A stretch of DNA of 64,000 bases from Thermoplasmatota archaeon (GCA_965234725.1 CBDDUX010000004.1:1-64000), one strand, 5' to 3'. Numbered from the stretch's first letter, positions 19,301-29,189 are shown. Translations and numbers: made by a program. The notes: a model not told the origin generated them from the letters alone.

Positions 19301-20356
19301 AAGAATGCTGTTGATCTGACCGGACCAATTTCGATCGAAGATGGCGAATGGGAACTGATCTTTAAAGCCGAGGATGAAGCGGGAAATGAACGAACCTCGG
19401 AACCATACCACTTCAAGGTGGACACCGAAGCCCCCGAGCTTCTCTGGACTATGACACCCCCCACCCCTCTAGGAAAGAATGGATTCTTTACCACACCCGT
19501 AAGGGTCTCGGTGTCCACCTCATCAATTGATGATGTCATCCAATTCGATATGGGACACGGGTGGATGGAATACTCTCAGGATCTGGAACTTTCAGAGGGG
19601 ACCTCAACTTTGAGATTGCGTGCTTTCGATACCGCTGGAAATGTGGTGATTGAAGACATCGGTGAAATGAAGATCGATACCACTCTGCCAGTGTTGGATA
19701 TGTTGGAACCGCAACACGATGGGATCTACGGAAAGGGTGACATTCGTATTGTATGGGAAGGTAAAGATGACACATCGGATGTCTTATATCGATTGAGATT
19801 GGACGATGGATCCCTAATCGAAACAGGGGATTCCACCGAGTTCCTTTTCAAGGATCCATCCAACGGCCACCATTCAATACTTGTGGAGGCGGAGGATGAA
19901 GCCGGGAATATAGTCTCCAAGAGGATCGATTTCAGAGTGGATTCCATTACCCCCCGTGTGAAGGGAATATCTCCAAATGGAGACGAGGTCCCACTGAACG
20001 CCAGAATAAGAATTGAATTCTCCAAATCAATGGATCTGGAAAGCGTATCCGTTCTGATCAATGGTGAGAATGCAAATCTCAAATGGGATGGTTCGATCCT
20101 TGAAGCCACACCTCCATGGGAATTGGAGTATGGGACCGTCTATGATGTCCAGGTCCGGGGATCCGATGATCATGGGAACATTCTGGAACCATTCGAGCAT
20201 TCGTTCAAAACCTTCCCGATAGTGATCGAGGAAGTCGAAGAAGAACGAGTGGAAGATCATTCCTATTCCATACTGATAGCTGGCTCCATGATCTCCATTG
20301 CCTTGATGATCGGTATCGGAACAGCAATGTTCATGATAAGGAAAGGAAGAAAGTGA
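16343..20356 (+). CDS. Secreted C25 (gingipain-like) cysteine peptidase with multiple Ig-like repeats and C-terminal membrane anchor
   Basis: Signal peptide; YLVIT..LAEWK..KG, LLLAGD, SDGYF and VGRL; catalytic SHG and ACVTG; YNLLGEP. Then repeated G.HT..F.A.D.AGN Ig-like modules and a C-terminal TM segment ending RKGRK. Confidence 0.88.
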   Translation: MIERNRAFVMVAIVLLSIGTLPMILSETSGGEVIEDMIDKESFEKVVQFDITYSIERTLRGGKYFMRPILNEGGVQSGQDGEEIPFVRFVMSSPSKISSYSFSFNNPRFFSMDVVPSMSSAVLGEGSLVDPRWNGNVEHELSTDHSLDLISDGEARLVYRLRINPVSISGSVSLVYTRVTLKMYMELPTKDLQYPDQGHKPTGDIDYLVITSKDLVDSIRPLAEWKTEKGEFAVIITVEEIEGMYSSGDLAYRMRKYVQGMEERFDIDNLLLAGDYSEVPTRNSYSDYPATMYGEPSNFASDGYFACVSTGTSWNSDSDGRIAEGNEIDDPYPDMAVGRLAISNKSIMKEKVLELLSREKSLHYDENLDRTVLIAGDNGQVPGESTDVMDHFWDEYASSTFDGRETVYHDGSGTYPYKTSSMVGLMNEGHNIYGYFSHGEYDGLPALFHNSDVALLNANGSEGLMFAMACVTGWFDKPIGGMLTKSGDCFAEALTETPNKGLVGYIGASRLAMGDSDTVYSGDAPGLEEDFYRAVNKVYNDEIGRTIGDVYLDAVTSFSSSFYPFPNNQNDASKRTFLEYNLLGEPDAPLIINEPTTLLLDYELDLSTKEVAVKVTDDEGNPVKDATVSVTRFGELGVKEKTDENGGSLLKIPPSNGGNVTICAFKEGCIHDNDTFNLPDDLSPETMCSIFPASPDGNNGYYITHPRIVLWGDEPVEVEYRWDQGVTETAQIPPVIIAPEGNNTLYFRVKDEVGHLSDWADLNLKIDTVSPDLKIKTDPAIVEGQIFTSSPLISIGSDEDLDYCHYRIDNGQSRTYNGPFEVEEGEHTIMFKASDLAGNEAEVSMEFIVDMTASVSQLDISHEPDGKNGYYWTIPTIRILSHSSDIGGLEYRWDDEDWTEYTVEIHPTDGVHVLSYRSIDMAGNIETERTWTFKMDQTLPEMAIEVDPPLPDGDNNYYRSIPEITVASNDNVRYILLPEDGRMMDWKNAVDLTGPISIEDGEWELIFKAEDEAGNERTSEPYHFKVDTEAPELLWTMTPPTPLGKNGFFTTPVRVSVSTSSIDDVIQFDMGHGWMEYSQDLELSEGTSTLRLRAFDTAGNVVIEDIGEMKIDTTLPVLDMLEPQHDGIYGKGDIRIVWEGKDDTSDVLYRLRLDDGSLIETGDSTEFLFKDPSNGHHSILVEAEDEAGNIVSKRIDFRVDSITPRVKGISPNGDEVPLNARIRIEFSKSMDLESVSVLINGENANLKWDGSILEATPPWELEYGTVYDVQVRGSDDHGNILEPFEHSFKTFPIVIEEVEEERVEDHSYSILIAGSMISIALMIGIGTAMFMIRKGRK

Positions 20357-20377
20357 TCGGACCATTCAGTATACTGC

Positions 20378-21658
20378 CTACTTCCTCATCCTGAGAGTCT
20401 TCCACTGGATCTCGTGATAGATCACGTACCTCTTCCCAATGAAATAACCGGCAATGGCCCCCAAGATAGAGGGGAGGAACACCGGCAATCCGAAGAGCTC
20501 CATACAGATGACCGCAGCTGCAACAGGTACATTCAAGGTCGTGGATATTGCCGCTGCCATACCAACAGCTGCAAAGATAAGGGGATCATTATCCGAGAAA
20601 TAAGAAGCGATGGCCACACCTGAAATGGCCCCGAAGGCCATGATCGGCATCATCAGACCACCGCTGTTGCCTGATGATGCAATGATCGTTGAAGTGAGGA
20701 TCAGGACCAGGGCAGCCAGGGCCAATCTGGAAATATTCAGTTCCTCCAAGTCCACGAGACTCCCTGAGAAACCTGCGATATATCCAAGATCCATCAGGAG
20801 GGGGTAGGCGGGGATGATCAGCAAACCAGCGAGAAGAAAACCGAAAGCAGGTTTCAACCAGCCGTATCCTTTCCAGTTCATCCTTATGAACCTGTCATGG
20901 AACCATTGGTAAAGGAGGATGCACCCAACGCATAGTATGGTCACGGTAAGTCCTATCAGGAACATGGTAAGGAAATCGACAACAGTAAGTGCAGGCACCT
21001 CTCCCGGTATTCTCAAGAGAGGTTTTCTGGGAAGTAGGACCTTTGACATAAGAAAGGCAGTTGTGCTCGATGCCAGGCAGTAGAAGAACCTTCGATACAA
21101 TATCTTGTTCCTGTATCCAACCTCAACGGCGAATATGGCTGCCCCCATAGGTGTCTCCAATAGTGCGGAAATTGCAGCCGCCATGCCGCAGAGGGCTATC
21201 GTCTTTATCTTTCCTTTATCCAGGCCGAGCCTGTAGGCAAATGAACTTCCGAATGAATATCCGATCAGAGCAGAGGGGCTTATGATACCAGTTGTTGCAC
21301 CCGCTCCCAGGGTAATGATCGTGGACAGGTATTTGAAGGGCATCGATCTGGCCCTGAGCCTGGTCTCTTCCGTACCGAAGGCAGCCGCTGCGACCTGAAT
21401 ACCAGGTCCTTCCACTTCGGGAGCGATCTTCCTTGTTAGTAAACCTATGATCAGACCTGCTATGATCATGGGTAGTATCATCCAGATATATCCTCCCGGA
21501 AGTGATTCTAAGTTCCTGACCAGGTTAAAGACGAATTTGATCACAGGAGGGATCGAAAGGACCACCGGAGCAATAATGGCCCCGACAAGAATTGAGATCA
21601 ACAGGGTTCCTAACTCATCTCTGTTCAGAGATTTTACCCTGTCAAGATCCCACTTCAT
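20378..21658 (-). CDS. CLC family chloride channel/transporter with divergent gating motifs
   Basis: Multi-TM protein with APEVEGPGI, CGMAAAISALLETPMGAAIFAVEV, GNSGGLMMP, MAA...NVPVAA...ELFG and the C-terminal IY. Confidence 0.85.
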   Translation of the reverse strand: MKWDLDRVKSLNRDELGTLLISILVGAIIAPVVLSIPPVIKFVFNLVRNLESLPGGYIWMILPMIIAGLIIGLLTRKIAPEVEGPGIQVAAAAFGTEETRLRARSMPFKYLSTIITLGAGATTGIISPSALIGYSFGSSFAYRLGLDKGKIKTIALCGMAAAISALLETPMGAAIFAVEVGYRNKILYRRFFYCLASSTTAFLMSKVLLPRKPLLRIPGEVPALTVVDFLTMFLIGLTVTILCVGCILLYQWFHDRFIRMNWKGYGWLKPAFGFLLAGLLIIPAYPLLMDLGYIAGFSGSLVDLEELNISRLALAALVLILTSTIIASSGNSGGLMMPIMAFGAISGVAIASYFSDNDPLIFAAVGMAAAISTTLNVPVAAAVICMELFGLPVFLPSILGAIAGYFIGKRYVIYHEIQWKTLRMRK

Positions 21659-21691
21659 TGTTTGCTCATTGTGTCTTCATGTAGATATTGG

Positions 21692-22108
21692 TTATGATGC
21701 CTGAACTGATCGGGAGATGATCCTTCCTATCCGGATCCTCCAGTATGTCCAGAGTCCGTTGAAAGCGACAAAGGTGATTAGGAATCCCCAGAGTATGACC
21801 GGTCTTCCATTTCCGCCATCGATCAAGGACCATGCAAGTCCGATGATTGCCGCAAGGGACCATATGATCTTCAATTCCAGCATGTTCTTGAATGCGGATG
21901 GATCGGAGTTCCTACCAAGAAGCGACTCGATCCCTATGGCGAAGAATGCTGCGGCGACGATCCTTGAAAGTATCGGGTCCACGGACTCCCATCCAAGGAA
22001 TTCCAGTGAAGCGTTTGGAAAAAACATGAGCGGTACCGCCACGATCATGTCGATGATAAAATGGACAACGAACCAATATTTTAGCGCTTTCGGGACCTTA
22101 TCTTTCAT
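21692..22108 (-). CDS. Hypothetical membrane protein (about 4 TM)
   Basis: Hydrophobic ORF with a GGGGAG SD, lying in series with neighbouring minus-strand genes. Confidence 0.7.
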   Translation of the reverse strand: MKDKVPKALKYWFVVHFIIDMIVAVPLMFFPNASLEFLGWESVDPILSRIVAAAFFAIGIESLLGRNSDPSAFKNMLELKIIWSLAAIIGLAWSLIDGGNGRPVILWGFLITFVAFNGLWTYWRIRIGRIISRSVQAS

Positions 22109-22197
22109 GTTTTCTCCCCATTACACCAGAAAAGGAAGAGGGTATAATCAAAATCCCTAAAAGAGCTCATTAATCAAAACGGTAAGCAGGAGCATCA

Positions 22198-22497
22198 TTA
22201 CTTCGATGATCGGTATCTCCTATCATCTTTAGGCCCGCCGCCTCTCTTGTATATCAATGCGGTTCCGCCCTTGATCTCGATAAGCTGTGCAGAAACTGAT
22301 GACACCATCTTCTCCAGATCCTCTCTCCAAACAGATGAGGGGCCCATCGATTGAAGTACCTTTAACTTCACCAATCCCTTCTTCTCCAGCTGTGAACGGA
22401 GCTCGTCCTCGATACTTTTACTGAACCCGGTCTTACCAACCTGGATCGTTGGCTTGAGGACCGTTCCTCTCTTTTTCAGATCATTCTTCGTTATCAT
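22198..22497 (-). CDS. yhbY: YhbY/CRM-domain RNA-binding protein
   Basis: LKPTIQVGK.G...EL..QL....LVKLKVL...IKG.T.LIY. Overlaps rnp4, the usual archaeal arrangement. Confidence 0.88.
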   Translation of the reverse strand: MITKNDLKKRGTVLKPTIQVGKTGFSKSIEDELRSQLEKKGLVKLKVLQSMGPSSVWREDLEKMVSSVSAQLIEIKGGTALIYKRGGGPKDDRRYRSSK

Positions 22498-22819
22498 GGG
22501 AGATGCTCCTGCCGTATCTCTTGATCCTGCCGCATTCAATGCAGGTTATCACGGTATTGCCGTTTCTCTGTCTGAACCTACCAGTGATCCCGGGTAGAAG
22601 CGGCGTCATGCAACCTTTACACGTTATCATCTTGAGGTCTTGGGGTATCCTGACCGTATATCTCATACCTATTCTTCTCGCAAGCTCAAGGTATCTCCTT
22701 GCCAGCTTCAGGTCACCTTTTTGGGCCATTTCCAAGGAGAGCTTATAGAGGGTTGAGATCCTTCTCCTTGCAGCCTCTCTTATTAGAGGCCTGTTTTTAC
22801 CTCTGCCCCGCCTCTGCAT
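22481..22819 (-). CDS. rnp4: Ribonuclease P protein component 4 (Rpp21)
   Basis: A..RI..L...LARRY.ELARRIGMR, with zinc ribbon CKGC..PLLPG and CIECG..KRY. Confidence 0.92.
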   Translation of the reverse strand: MQRRGRGKNRPLIREAARRRISTLYKLSLEMAQKGDLKLARRYLELARRIGMRYTVRIPQDLKMITCKGCMTPLLPGITGRFRQRNGNTVITCIECGRIKRYGRSISHDNEE

Positions 22820-22874
22820 CGGCGCACCATTCTGTTATTCTTATTTAAACCCTGAGAGTAGATGGTTGCAATGA

Positions 22875-25800
22875 TCATTCCTCGGCGGACTCTTGAGGCA
22901 GGTCCCCCTGGCTGACATCTCCGTCCTCTTTAGGTTCCTCTGCGGAAGGTATGGCGATCTCCACGACATTCGATCCCCTCCTTCTCATCTCACCTTCGGA
23001 AATATGCAGACCAGAGTATGCATCCTCGGCAGGTTTCATACCATGACCTCCCTGGGCAATGACACCTTCCGGATCATAATCGAGGGAGATCGGTTTATCG
23101 GTCTCATCCTCTTCTTCCTCTGGCTCCTCCTCCTTCTTCCTTGATCTGACAACAAGGAATGCCACAATGCCTGCAACAAGTATCAGGAGGATCACGATAA
23201 GTATGATTATCCATACCGGGAATCCTTCATCGTCTTCCTTTACAACTTCCTTTTCAGCCGGTGTCACCTTGACAGTGATATCGGTCATCACGGTCCTGCC
23301 GTACTCATCAGTGGTATTGAGTTTTAGCAGATATGTTGCCGGATCCTTTGCCGATGTCCCGAGAGCTATGACCATGTCCTTTGACTCTCCAGGGAGCATA
23401 GCCTGCTCGCTTCCTGCTTCCAGGGTGAATCCCTTTATGTCCAGGAAGTTGAATGTAATATTGGCTGTAACTCCCAGCGGATTGGTAACGGTCACGGTAA
23501 CAGCCGCTTCCGATCCCTTGATAGCCTCCGGCTTCCCCTTTAATACCACTGTAAACAGTGGCGCATTGTAGGTGAAGGTCCTCTTGTCCGTCTGGCTCGT
23601 CAATCCCTCTGCCTTTGAAACGATCCACCAGGTGTAAGTGCCTGGATAGGAGGGTTTGAACTTGTAATTGTCCGCAGAGGTTGTATATGTTAATTCATTG
23701 CCCTTTGGGTCCTCTATATGGACCTCGAAGGTAAGTTCGTCCGGTTCTATATAGCCCCCATCCCATTCGAGGGTCACATCTCCTTCGATGATCGCTCCGT
23801 TATCCGGTCCTCCTAAATCTGCCTGGGGTGTCGCAAGAGTGGGATCATAGAAGACACCGAACTTCGTTGATTCCCTGTAGCTGTTCCCAGCCAGGTCCGT
23901 GGCCCTTACACCAACGACATTCTTCAATCCCGGAACCAGGTCCACCGTCAATGAGAATGTTACATTATTGATATCGGCCGCGGTGATATCCAGGTCCATC
24001 CAATCGGACAGGGACCTATCAGGTAAGGACTGCTGATACTGTATAGAGGATAGGTTCACTCCAGATAGATCATCCTGGATCGTTACCGTAAAGGTGAAAG
24101 TCCCGACCGTGGTATTGATCTGTTGTGTGGGGTCTGGTGTGATAGATGTGTATCTGATGAAGTGTGTGTCCTCTATGAGAGGAGCTTCCACAACCGGGCC
24201 TGCCCTTCCGGTCTTATCCATTGCCCAAACATAGAACGTGTGAACACCCTCTTCTCTGATCAGGACCTCCGGGAACTCGTTGGTGAGGTTCGTTTCCAAA
24301 GGCCATAGGTTCAGGTCCATGGAGTAGCAAATACCCTTGAGGCCGGACCCATTCTCAATTACAGGCCCCCATGTAAGGTAGACCTTGTTGTCATTGTCGT
24401 ATCCTACCTTGTAATCAAGGAAGGATCGGGCCCTGACCTTCACCCATTCGGGAGCTGTTGGAGTGTCCAGGTCCAAGATGAATGAGAACGAATTGGACTG
24501 GAGGACCTCTCCTGACTCTAGGGTCAGGTTGAGCCATACCTTGAAGACATCATTGTCATCTCCATTGATGGGAACTGTGATCAACCCTTCCTGACCTGGA
24601 ATATATGTCCAGTATGAACTGTCTCCCTTGGATGTCTCCATGACTATGCTGAAATCCCCTTCCAAGGGATAGACGGTGGTATCATCGAGGAATGACACAG
24701 AGAAGTTGGAAACCGTAAGATCGGTCCTTCCATAGAGCCAATCCCCATTTGATATACTTGATTGGAGAGGTGTCGAGAACCTGTATCCCGCTACCTTTAG
24801 ATCGGAAAGGACCCTGAAGGCTTTCAATCTGAGTCCTGATTCAGGGCGACCGGTATCGGTCAAGGGCATCATTCTGATGTCGAAATCGGCACCGTTGGGT
24901 GCCTCATATTCGACCTCGAACGGGATCTTGAATTCCCAGGCCTCCTGTCCTGTCCAGGTCAGTTGAGGTGTGTCCATATCGAACCATGTATCATTCCCGA
25001 AGAAATTGACCACACCACCGCTCACCATCCAGTCGAATTCCAGGTAATCGCCCTGTGTGCTGATATTGACATGGAATCCTAAAAGATCACCCTGGGGAAG
25101 GTCCGTCAGACCATTGGCCAGAATTGCATAAGCTCCAGTCGATGGGAATACCTTGTAAACCCCGGATGATGGAACAAGGTCTGTCCCGTCCGTATCAAGG
25201 ATCTTCACCCGCACCGCTTTTGTCCTTAAGATCGGATTGTACTCCCAGACCTCGGTCCCGTCATGTGCCCATACATAATGCTTCTTGGTAATTGATGAGT
25301 AGGCCTGTCCTTGGCCGGACCATTCACCTGGTTTGTTGGGAGGTTTCTCATTGACCCATTCGAACCATTCCTCTCTCCAGAGGTACATATCGTCATCTTC
25401 ATTGTTAACGTCACCATACAGGAGGAGCTCCTTCGTATCGGTGTCAAATGAAAGCCCTGCCGAGTACTGGATGCCTGGTTTATCTCCGCCATCGGGGAGC
25501 CTTTCCCATTTCTCCGAGTCCGTATGGAAGAACCAGAGATCATCGAGGGAAGCTGATGATGTGCCGTTCCTCCTTCCACCGAACATGAAGAATCCCTTTT
25601 CTTCCTTATCGAAGACCACAGAGGACTGTCTTCTTGGCTGGGGCTCGACCTGGAAATTGTAATTGGACCATATATTGGCCGCAATGTTGTATCTCCAAAG
25701 AGAGTTCGTGTCTCCGAATTCTATCTGTCCACCGAAAAGATAGAGGTATCCATTCTCAGGATCGGAGACCATGGAGGCCCTCCCTCTCTCTCCGGGAGGT

Positions 25801-27260
25801 CCGTTCTCATTGATCATTGTCCACTCACCGGTGTCGCAGTCCAGCTTGTAAAAATCATCATAATGTGTATACCTGTAATGTCCCTGTCCGAGGTTCTCGA
25901 TGAGGACACCACCGTAGAGATAGAAGATATTGTTGAGATGGTCATATGCAAATGCCATACCATCATCGTATGTTGGTGCATTTTCGGTGGATATATCCAC
26001 GCTGATCCATCTCATTGTCGAAAGGGAGTAGTAACCAAGCTGCCAGAAAGATCCTCCGATATAGTTCAGGATCATCAGTTTCCCACCATCCTCAGGGTCA
26101 TATCCCGTAAAGGCCGATCCGCCTTCCCAGACAAGGTTCCCGGGCATCATTCCAGTTGAAAGAGTGGATGTATCAAGGGACCAGATATCCTTCCTCCCAC
26201 TGTTATCTCCGAAGATAACAACTGTCTTTCCGTCGGTTTTTAGGTCCCAAGCTTGGAAGCGCTTAGGTGGCATTCCACCAGTAAGATTGACCTCCTGGAC
26301 TGAGCCGTTATAGGGATCTAAAAGATATGTTTCTTCAAGGATATCATTGCCGTTGTATCCCATTGAAAGGATCAGATCATCAGTTGCATCCCTGTAGAGA
26401 AAGAGTGCACCCGCCTGAGTTGGTATTCCCAGGTCATTGGAGACCTCGATCCAGGTGCTATTGGATGTGAAAAATGTCCAGAGATCGTTTTCGTAATAGG
26501 AGCTATAGCCTTGTGTCCTGTATCTGCCGAGTGATAAGAAGAGAGCACTTCCGTTGGGTGTTATGGTGAGCATTGAACGATCCCTTCCAGAGGGCTGTTC
26601 GATGGGTGTTGGATGGTTCCATCCGTAAGTGAAATTGTACTGGAACAATCCTGCCTGGAAGACCCTGCTTGCATCCCTGCCTCCGAAGATCCACACTGAA
26701 TCGGTCGCCCTATCGTAGGTTATCCCGGAATCATATCTGCCTCCCAAAGAGGATGGGGCCTCGATCTGGACCCAGGTCTTATTCTCATAGAAGAAGATAT
26801 CCATTATATCCAAGGTATAGGTGGTATAACCGCTAGAGCGGTAGCCTCCATAAAAGAAAGCAATGGTATTGTTCTCATTTGAAGTGAATGCCCTGTTGGA
26901 GTATCTTTCATCTGGCAATTGACCGCTGGTATTCCATTTCAACCAGGTGTTGTTCACCTCGAAATAGGACCAGACCTCGAAGTAATTGGTCCATCCAACC
27001 GAATATCGATTGAAGACAACAAGTTCCTTTTCAGCCTCCCGGTACATTATATTCGCACCGGATGTGTCGATCTCTGACGGCCAGCTCCCGCTTGGAAGCT
27101 GGGTCCAGTTTCCCATTTCACCGGATCTGGTAGGGGCCTCACTTGCTTCTGGAGTGTATGCTCCATCTGTAGGTATTAACCCTGAAAACCCCGATATGAT
27201 CAGGATGGTAAGTATAAGGAAAGCTAACTTTGGTCGGTGTGATAACCTGGTATCTGGCAT
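22875..27260 (-). CDS. Large surface protein: Kelch beta-propeller(s), Ig/FN3-like domains, TM anchor, acidic tail
   Basis: Signal peptide; repeated Kelch motifs (FFYGG, WIFGG, YLYGG, YLFGG, FMFGG..DLW.F...W); TM WIIILIVILLILVAGIVAFLVV followed by RSRKK. Start placed at ATG 27260. Confidence 0.82.
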   Translation of the reverse strand: MPDTRLSHRPKLAFLILTILIISGFSGLIPTDGAYTPEASEAPTRSGEMGNWTQLPSGSWPSEIDTSGANIMYREAEKELVVFNRYSVGWTNYFEVWSYFEVNNTWLKWNTSGQLPDERYSNRAFTSNENNTIAFFYGGYRSSGYTTYTLDIMDIFFYENKTWVQIEAPSSLGGRYDSGITYDRATDSVWIFGGRDASRVFQAGLFQYNFTYGWNHPTPIEQPSGRDRSMLTITPNGSALFLSLGRYRTQGYSSYYENDLWTFFTSNSTWIEVSNDLGIPTQAGALFLYRDATDDLILSMGYNGNDILEETYLLDPYNGSVQEVNLTGGMPPKRFQAWDLKTDGKTVVIFGDNSGRKDIWSLDTSTLSTGMMPGNLVWEGGSAFTGYDPEDGGKLMILNYIGGSFWQLGYYSLSTMRWISVDISTENAPTYDDGMAFAYDHLNNIFYLYGGVLIENLGQGHYRYTHYDDFYKLDCDTGEWTMINENGPPGERGRASMVSDPENGYLYLFGGQIEFGDTNSLWRYNIAANIWSNYNFQVEPQPRRQSSVVFDKEEKGFFMFGGRRNGTSSASLDDLWFFHTDSEKWERLPDGGDKPGIQYSAGLSFDTDTKELLLYGDVNNEDDDMYLWREEWFEWVNEKPPNKPGEWSGQGQAYSSITKKHYVWAHDGTEVWEYNPILRTKAVRVKILDTDGTDLVPSSGVYKVFPSTGAYAILANGLTDLPQGDLLGFHVNISTQGDYLEFDWMVSGGVVNFFGNDTWFDMDTPQLTWTGQEAWEFKIPFEVEYEAPNGADFDIRMMPLTDTGRPESGLRLKAFRVLSDLKVAGYRFSTPLQSSISNGDWLYGRTDLTVSNFSVSFLDDTTVYPLEGDFSIVMETSKGDSSYWTYIPGQEGLITVPINGDDNDVFKVWLNLTLESGEVLQSNSFSFILDLDTPTAPEWVKVRARSFLDYKVGYDNDNKVYLTWGPVIENGSGLKGICYSMDLNLWPLETNLTNEFPEVLIREEGVHTFYVWAMDKTGRAGPVVEAPLIEDTHFIRYTSITPDPTQQINTTVGTFTFTVTIQDDLSGVNLSSIQYQQSLPDRSLSDWMDLDITAADINNVTFSLTVDLVPGLKNVVGVRATDLAGNSYRESTKFGVFYDPTLATPQADLGGPDNGAIIEGDVTLEWDGGYIEPDELTFEVHIEDPKGNELTYTTSADNYKFKPSYPGTYTWWIVSKAEGLTSQTDKRTFTYNAPLFTVVLKGKPEAIKGSEAAVTVTVTNPLGVTANITFNFLDIKGFTLEAGSEQAMLPGESKDMVIALGTSAKDPATYLLKLNTTDEYGRTVMTDITVKVTPAEKEVVKEDDEGFPVWIIILIVILLILVAGIVAFLVVRSRKKEEEPEEEEDETDKPISLDYDPEGVIAQGGHGMKPAEDAYSGLHISEGEMRRRGSNVVEIAIPSAEEPKEDGDVSQGDLPQESAEE

Positions 27261-27494
27261 GGTGACATCGCCCCGTAATGCTGATGGATCGTCCATACCC
27301 GCAGGTATGTCCAACCCAACGTGCATTGGAATAGCTTTATTTTAACTTGTTGAGAAATCGAGGGTGTTTCTACATATCGGCCACTCACTTCGACACTTTT
27401 ATAGGGGATGACTGGAAATTTGACTTCAGAGAGACCCGAGTGTGTGGAATTATTTCCTCAAACTGGGATCTGATGAGTGCGGGAGTGTACGTTA

Positions 27495-29189
27495 ATGTCG
27501 GCACCGAAAGGGCCGGACAGGTCCAGTGGAGGGTTCTGGGACCTTGTCCGAAAGGTCTCTGATTCAACTGTCAGAAAAAGACCCCCGTTCACTGGGGCCT
27601 GGCTAAGAGATATCGATCTTGGGAAACCCCGTGCTTCCATCGAGAACATCTATGCAAAGATAGAGCTCCACTCAAGCATGGGTGGGTCCGAAAGATGCTA
27701 TGCGGTATCTCCTGTAGAGTTCAGAATGTCCATTGACGCTATCAAAAGGCTGACAGGCTCCATGAATAGGCTGGAGCAAGACCCTCCCCCATCATCCGTG
27801 ATGGAGGATGAGGTCCGTCTGAGGAGATATGTCGAAAGAAGGGCAATGAGGGACCTGACAGGAAAGGACACAGGGAAGAAGGGCCCTAATGCCAATGTCT
27901 CCGCCAGGATCTGTGGACAGTATACCGTCGGATTGGGGATACTGGAGCATCTATTGAGGGATGAAAGGGTACAGGATATCTATATCGATCCCCCGCTTAC
28001 TAACAATTCGGTCCATGTCACTCTCGGAGGAATGACCGACCCGGACCTCGAAGGGTCCTATCCCACGAATATACTCCTTACCGAAGAGGAGGTTGGAAGG
28101 ATAGTATCGATCCTGAGGTATACTTCGGGAAGGCCTTTTTCCGAGGCTAACCCCGTCCTTGAATGTGATATGCCCATGTTCAATGCCAGGGTCACCGCTG
28201 TCTCTCCACCTTTATCTCCGGGAGGAGTATCCCTGGCGATAAGGAAGCATTCCCATGATCCCTGGACACTTCTAAGGCTAATATCCTCGGGTTCCATTAC
28301 TCCTGAAGCAGCTGCTTTCCTGGATCTGTGTATTGACGGCAGGTCCACCATGCTGATAGCAGGTCCCAGAGGAGCGGGAAAGAGCTCACTTCTTGGTGCT
28401 CTTCTTTTCAATGTGGACCGATCGAGAAGGATCATTACAATTGAAGACACACCGGAGCTGCCTGTTAAGCATCTGACCGGGGAGGGTTTCAACGTCCTTG
28501 GTCTGACGGTGAAAGGTGATGGGAAGCAGAGCACCGACAAGGCCCTTAGGACCGCTCTCCGTCTCGGGGAGTCGGTACTTGTAATGGGGGAAGTGAGAGG
28601 ACCGGAGACCAGGACCCTGTATGAGGCAATGTCAGCAGGAACTGCTGGCTCCGCCGTTCTGGGGACCTTCCATGGAGATTCCGCAAGATCCGTTTACAAG
28701 AGGACAGTTGAGGATCTGGGTGTTAGTCCCGGATCATTTTCGTCAACGGACCTTGTGGTCGTGTGTGGTCTTGTCCAGCCAAAAGGCAGGAGGGCCAGAT
28801 ACCGGAAAGTGGTCCAGATCTCCGAATATATCAAAAAAGGGGAGCCTGGAAGGTTTCGCGATCTTTTCCGTTTCGATCCCGAGGCGAATTCCCTGGTGAT
28901 GGATGAGGACATCCTTTCTTCCGATACCTTCCGAAGGATCGGTTCCATCTGGGGAATGAGCAGAGAGGAGGTGCGTTCCGAGGTCGGGGTAAGGACCGCT
29001 GTCATGGAACAGGCAGGGGAATTGTTACGACCAGGAGAGATCGAAAGACCCGCTTCCATGGTGAAGGTCCTTGATGCTTTGAGGGATGTAAGAGAAGCCC
29101 TATCCGTGAAAAGGTCCTCACCCTCGAAGAAAAGCCTCCTCAATGGATGGAGGAAGAAGATGATCTCAGGGGAGGACCTTGATCCATGA
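27495..29189 (+). CDS. Type II/IV secretion (TadA/CpaF/ArlI-like) ATPase
   Basis: Walker A GPRGAGKS, Asp box TIEDTPEL, LRTALRLG, Walker B VMGEVRGPE and His box TFHG. Confidence 0.9.
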   Translation: MSAPKGPDRSSGGFWDLVRKVSDSTVRKRPPFTGAWLRDIDLGKPRASIENIYAKIELHSSMGGSERCYAVSPVEFRMSIDAIKRLTGSMNRLEQDPPPSSVMEDEVRLRRYVERRAMRDLTGKDTGKKGPNANVSARICGQYTVGLGILEHLLRDERVQDIYIDPPLTNNSVHVTLGGMTDPDLEGSYPTNILLTEEEVGRIVSILRYTSGRPFSEANPVLECDMPMFNARVTAVSPPLSPGGVSLAIRKHSHDPWTLLRLISSGSITPEAAAFLDLCIDGRSTMLIAGPRGAGKSSLLGALLFNVDRSRRIITIEDTPELPVKHLTGEGFNVLGLTVKGDGKQSTDKALRTALRLGESVLVMGEVRGPETRTLYEAMSAGTAGSAVLGTFHGDSARSVYKRTVEDLGVSPGSFSSTDLVVVCGLVQPKGRRARYRKVVQISEYIKKGEPGRFRDLFRFDPEANSLVMDEDILSSDTFRRIGSIWGMSREEVRSEVGVRTAVMEQAGELLRPGEIERPASMVKVLDALRDVREALSVKRSSPSKKSLLNGWRKKMISGEDLDP

